From: Oculatellaceae cyanobacterium bins.114
Lineage (GTDB): Bacteria > Cyanobacteriota > Cyanobacteriia > Elainellales > Elainellaceae
Length of the DNA stretch: 64,000 nt
NCBI GenBank assembly: GCA_033764315.1
Contig: JANRJA010000137.1
Coordinates: forward strand, 1 to 64,000
Direction of reading: 5' to 3'
Below the pieces are notes generated by a model. That model saw only the letters and a list, made by a program, of their open reading frames with translations. It did no database searches and had not been told where the DNA came from. Position numbers and translations under genes: made by a program. Of the stretch, positions 60,371 to 64,000 are shown piece by piece; the stretch's first letter is position 1, and each line of letters begins with the position of its first letter.

Positions 60371-61090
60371 TCACTCTGATGCTTGATCTAATGCAGAAGT
60401 CGTTTGGTTCAACGGCTGATTCAGAGCTTGCCGATGAGGAAAGAGAGCGGCCATCATTTGATTGAAAGCATCTAATCCATAAACCTTGGGCTCTTGAGCT
60501 GGATTGGGTTGTGCCGACTGTGATTGTGTCTCTTTAAGGTCAGGTTGGGCAGTTTTGGACGAGCTAGTCGTGGGCGAACTAGTCGTGGGCGAGCTAGTGG
60601 CGGGCACTTCAACATCATCTTGAGAGGCAAAAGATTCGACGACAGCATCTGTCGTCTTCGCTCCATCGCCTCCATTGAGACTATTGTCATTCCCATCAGA
60701 TAGATCGGAGCTTGAGTCAGACCCAGGCAATGCTATCTGTCGGCTGCGATCGCCAATCAGAGACTCTGGAGGGACGACTTGCCCTGCTTCGACACAACCA
60801 TTAAAGATAGTGGTCATTGACCCAATACAGGCATTTGCTCCAATCTTACCATTGCCAACCAGAAGCACACCACTGCCCAAACAGGCATTAGTGTCGATCG
60901 CCAAGATTCCCTCATGGGCATGCAAAATGGAGCCTGCTCCAATCGAGACCCCTGCCGCAATCATAATGCGGGCACCTAAATCGGCTTGAAGTAACACACC
61001 AGGAGCGATCGCTGCACTCGGATGAACAGTCACATCTCCGCTAGTAGAGAAGTGGGGCTGATTCATCAATTGCGGTTGCGGCAATAGCAT
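60371..61090 (-). CDS. ccmN: Carboxysome assembly protein CcmN
   Basis: Hexapeptide beta-helix, low-complexity linker, encapsulation peptide VYGLDAFNQMMAALFPH. Confidence 0.92.
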   Translation of the reverse strand: MLLPQPQLMNQPHFSTSGDVTVHPSAAIAPGVLLQADLGARIMIAAGVSIGAGSILHAHEGILAIDTNACLGSGVLLVGNGKIGANACIGSMTTIFNGCVEAGQVVPPESLIGDRSRQIALPGSDSSSDLSDGNDNSLNGGDGAKTTDAVVESFASQDDVEVPATSSPTTSSPTTSSSKTAQPDLKETQSQSAQPNPAQEPKVYGLDAFNQMMAALFPHRQALNQPLNQTTSALDQASE

Positions 61091-61239
61091 CGCTCAGAGT
61101 TAAAAAGTGGGTCAAAGAAGGAGAATTGAAGACAATCAGCAGAAACTGTAAGGCTAGCAATACGAAAAGCTTAACCTCTCCTTCTCGCAATAATCTCACT
61201 TCAACAGAAGTGATTAATCATGTCTCATCTCCCCAATTC

Positions 61240-62898
61240 CTACGGACGTTGAACGATAACCTCGCTAACCCGGCGTTTTGATTGCGTGTCAATGCCGATC
61301 AACCGGACATAGTGCCCTTTGTGTTCAGCCATACAGGCTTCGAGTGCAGCAAACACATCTGAATCACGAGTGCTGTTGACTGATGCACAACTGGTCCAAG
61401 AACTGGTTTGAAACCGTCGTGTATCCGCGTGCTCCATGCCAACGCGATAGCCCTGGCTCAACAACTGTCGGACTTGTGTGACCACCTCTGGGCTGAGTCG
61501 AGCATTACCCGCAGGAGCCGCAGAACTTCTTGCCTGAGCACTGGAACCATAGCTGCTAGAGCTAGTTTGAGGAGCACTGGGTTCGCTAATGACCCGTCCT
61601 CCAGGACGTTGAACGATCATTTCTCCCACCCGTCGCTTCGATTTTGTATCAATTCCAAAAACACGCACATACTCACCTGTGTGCTCTGCCATACACCGCT
61701 CTAACGCCGCGATCGCCTCTGATTCGCGGTTAGAAGTGATTGAGGGGCAACTCTGCCAAGAACTAGTTTGAAACCGGCGAGCATCTGCATGTTCTAGTCC
61801 GATGCGATAGCCTTGTGCCAAGAACTGACGGATCTGAGCTGCCACATCTCCATTGGCATGACCTCCACCCAAGTGGCTTGCGGGAGCTGACTTGGCACTG
61901 GCCGATGGGGTGTAAGTAGAAGCAGGCGATCGCCCATTAGACGAATGACCACCGGGTCGTTGCACAATCAGCTCTGACACCCGCCGTTTAGACTGAGTAT
62001 CAATGCCAAATAAACGGACATATTCGCCACTATGTTCTGCAAGACAGGCTTCTAGTGCTGACAGTACTTCAGAATCACGGGTAGAGGCGATCGGGGTACA
62101 ACTTTTCCATGAGCTGGTTTGAAACCGGCGAGCATCTGCGTGTTCAGTACCAATTCGATATCCACCGGCAAGAAGTTGGCGGACCTGCTGAACGACTTCT
62201 GAATCTAAATGAGAGTTTTGCATTTGATTGGTATCCTGGCTATAACGATGGGAACTGGAGTTTTTACTAGCATTGCCCGGTTGATTGGTGGCAGATGGGT
62301 TAGAGACAACCTGCTCAACTGGTTGATAACCCGATCGCAATCCATCTTGAGTTCCAGCTAATTGACTGGCAAACTTCAAGTCAACGGATTGAACCTCTGG
62401 CAAACGATCGGCTTGCTGCTGCGTTGTAATTACGGATCCGGAAGGTACAAATTTTCCAGGCGGAATCTCCACATCCTGAATCAGCACATGCATCATCACA
62501 ATGCTGCCTTTCCCCACCCGTGCATTAAAAATTGTGGAGCGAAAGCCAATAAAACAGTTGTCACCAATGTAAGCCGGACCATGAATCAAAGCCATGTGGG
62601 TGATCGAGACACTCTCCCCAATCCACACGGAATATGGCTTTTGATCATCCCCTAAAACACGACCTTGTTCCAGGCCATGAATTACAGCCCCATCTTGAAT
62701 ACTGCTGCCATCTCCAACATAAAACGGACCCCCCTGATCAGCTTGAATAAAACTCCCAGGGGCAATGGATACGTTCACACCTACATAGACATTCTCAAAT
62801 GCATCCATAAATGATTGCATGTAGGCTGACTCATTTGCTTTCGGCTGCACTAAACTCGTTGACCGGGCAGGTGGAGCAGCCGAGCCACGGACTACCAT
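61240..62898 (-). CDS. ccmM: Carboxysome protein CcmM (gamma-CA-like domain plus 3 RbcS-like domains)
   Basis: [19 protein letters not shown]; three [17 protein letters not shown] repeats. Confidence 0.96.
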   Translation of the reverse strand: MVVRGSAAPPARSTSLVQPKANESAYMQSFMDAFENVYVGVNVSIAPGSFIQADQGGPFYVGDGSSIQDGAVIHGLEQGRVLGDDQKPYSVWIGESVSITHMALIHGPAYIGDNCFIGFRSTIFNARVGKGSIVMMHVLIQDVEIPPGKFVPSGSVITTQQQADRLPEVQSVDLKFASQLAGTQDGLRSGYQPVEQVVSNPSATNQPGNASKNSSSHRYSQDTNQMQNSHLDSEVVQQVRQLLAGGYRIGTEHADARRFQTSSWKSCTPIASTRDSEVLSALEACLAEHSGEYVRLFGIDTQSKRRVSELIVQRPGGHSSNGRSPASTYTPSASAKSAPASHLGGGHANGDVAAQIRQFLAQGYRIGLEHADARRFQTSSWQSCPSITSNRESEAIAALERCMAEHTGEYVRVFGIDTKSKRRVGEMIVQRPGGRVISEPSAPQTSSSSYGSSAQARSSAAPAGNARLSPEVVTQVRQLLSQGYRVGMEHADTRRFQTSSWTSCASVNSTRDSDVFAALEACMAEHKGHYVRLIGIDTQSKRRVSEVIVQRP

Positions 62899-62951
62899 AA
62901 ATTTGTTTCTCCTGGCTGGACATGCGACATGGCAACCCTAAACCATGTCGC

Positions 62952-63254
62952 CTAGCGATCTTGATCCCGTTTTCGATAGAGGAGTTGATTATCGAAACTG
63001 ACAGTGTCGATAATGCCAATGACAAGAGCATCCAGGGGACGATGTTCACCTCCTGGTGTTTGGCGAGCAGCACTACCTCGGCTCACCAACACCCATTCAT
63101 CAATCCCCGCGCCAACTGTATCAGCAGCAACCTCATACTCTGGTAGAGGCTGACCTTCCTCATTAAGCAGTTGTACCAACAGGAACTTCACCCCCCTGAG
63201 GCTCGGTTCCTTTTGAGTACTGACTACTGTGCCGCACACTCTGGCAATTTGCAT
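62952..63254 (-). CDS. ccmL: Carboxysome vertex protein CcmL
   Basis: GTVVSTQKEPSLRGVK, VAADTVGAG, GSAAR. Confidence 0.96.
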   Translation of the reverse strand: MQIARVCGTVVSTQKEPSLRGVKFLLVQLLNEEGQPLPEYEVAADTVGAGIDEWVLVSRGSAARQTPGGEHRPLDALVIGIIDTVSFDNQLLYRKRDQDR

Positions 63255-63260
63255 CAGATC

Positions 63261-63602
63261 TTAAGAGCGGCTAATCGGGCGAATACCACTAACACTCTCA
63301 CGGAACGCTTCAACCGCTTCGGTATAGCGAATGGGGAGAACATACTCCAGGTTTTCGTGAGGACGAGCAATGATGTGGGTCGAAAGCACTTGTCCACCGT
63401 TAACGCGCTTAACGTTTTCGATGCCTGCTGCGACAGATGCCTGTACCTCAGACACATCGCCACGCACAATAACCGTAACGCGACCGCTACCAATCTTTTC
63501 ATATCCAACGAGGGTAACGCGGGCGGCTTTAACCATCGCGTCTGCTGCTTCTACAACGGCAGGAAAACCCAGTGTTTCTACCATTCCAACTGCAATTGCC
63601 AT
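63261..63602 (-). CDS. ccmK1: Carboxysome shell protein CcmK1 (C-terminal extension)
   Basis: [36 protein letters not shown]; tail [12 protein letters not shown]. Confidence 0.93.
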   Translation of the reverse strand: MAIAVGMVETLGFPAVVEAADAMVKAARVTLVGYEKIGSGRVTVIVRGDVSEVQASVAAGIENVKRVNGGQVLSTHIIARPHENLEYVLPIRYTEAVEAFRESVSGIRPISRS

Positions 63603-63720
63603 TTGAATTCTCCCTTCCAAATCGATAATGATTTTGACAACTTTAAAAACCGGCATTGGCTCAGCATTGGCTCAGCCGTTGCCTTTGAAATCGCCACCTC
63701 AACCCGTCATAGGTAGAGGG

Positions 63721-64000
63721 CTATGACCGAAATTGTTCTACAGCTTCCGTATAGCGGATGGGTAAAACAAATTCTAAGTTTTCATGTGGACGAGCAATGA
63801 TGTGAGTGGATAGCACTTCACCCCCATTTACCCGTTTCACATTCTCAATGCCTGCTGCGACAGACGCTTGTACCTCAGACACATCGCCACGCACAATAAC
63901 CGTGACGCGACCACTGCCAATTTTTTCGTATCCCACAAGAGTGACACGGGCAGCTTTAACCATGGCATCCGCTGCCTCAACCACGGCAGGAAAGCCGCGG
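63721..64000 (-). CDS. ccmK2: Carboxysome shell protein CcmK2 (5' end outside the window)
   Basis: [19 protein letters not shown]...[10 protein letters not shown] with no extension. Confidence 0.92.
   Translation of the reverse strand, partial: RGFPAVVEAADAMVKAARVTLVGYEKIGSGRVTVIVRGDVSEVQASVAAGIENVKRVNGGEVLSTHIIARPHENLEFVLPIRYTEAVEQFRS

Noticed and set aside
60561..60605. 15-bp repeats in ccmN
   Set aside because: Ordinary in-frame expansion (TSSPT) in a disordered linker
1..64000. Abundant GCGATCGC
   Set aside because: Known cyanobacterial HIP1; only its local depletion and one promoter overlap are reported

Overview
Chromosomal window of a filamentous beta-cyanobacterium. Evidence: very dense HIP1 GCGATCGC, a ccmK2K1LMNO carboxysome operon, psbH/psbN, cpcS and an hps minor-pilin locus; Leptolyngbya/Oculatella-like affinity is inference only. 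Most genes are housekeeping or common cyanobacterial genes: atzE/G-like amidase, anmK, tocopherol methyltransferase, hpsABCD, rpmB, htpG, nucA/nuiA, ccmP, dnaJ, glgC, alkA, hydA with a divergent ABC importer, murI, brnTA, a Ser/Thr kinase-WD40, pth, tatA and a GH38 alpha-mannosidase. I found no rRNA, tRNA, CRISPR array or transposase. The most notable unexplained structure is a set of small non-coding repeat families. Short terminal inverted repeats (GGGTGCATCT, CTATAGCAGTCCTAA, CTAGTGC, CTCGTTCC) enclose REP-like hairpins, nest inside one another, and in at least one case (58295-59458) bracket an entire gene. This looks like a non-autonomous gene-carrying cassette system. Other highlights are a probably NtcA-controlled cyclic-amide uptake/hydrolysis module, a CcmM with a degenerate gamma-carbonic anhydrase site, and an in-frame repeat insertion in the mannosidase. 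All functional calls come from motif and family recognition by eye, not from database searches.
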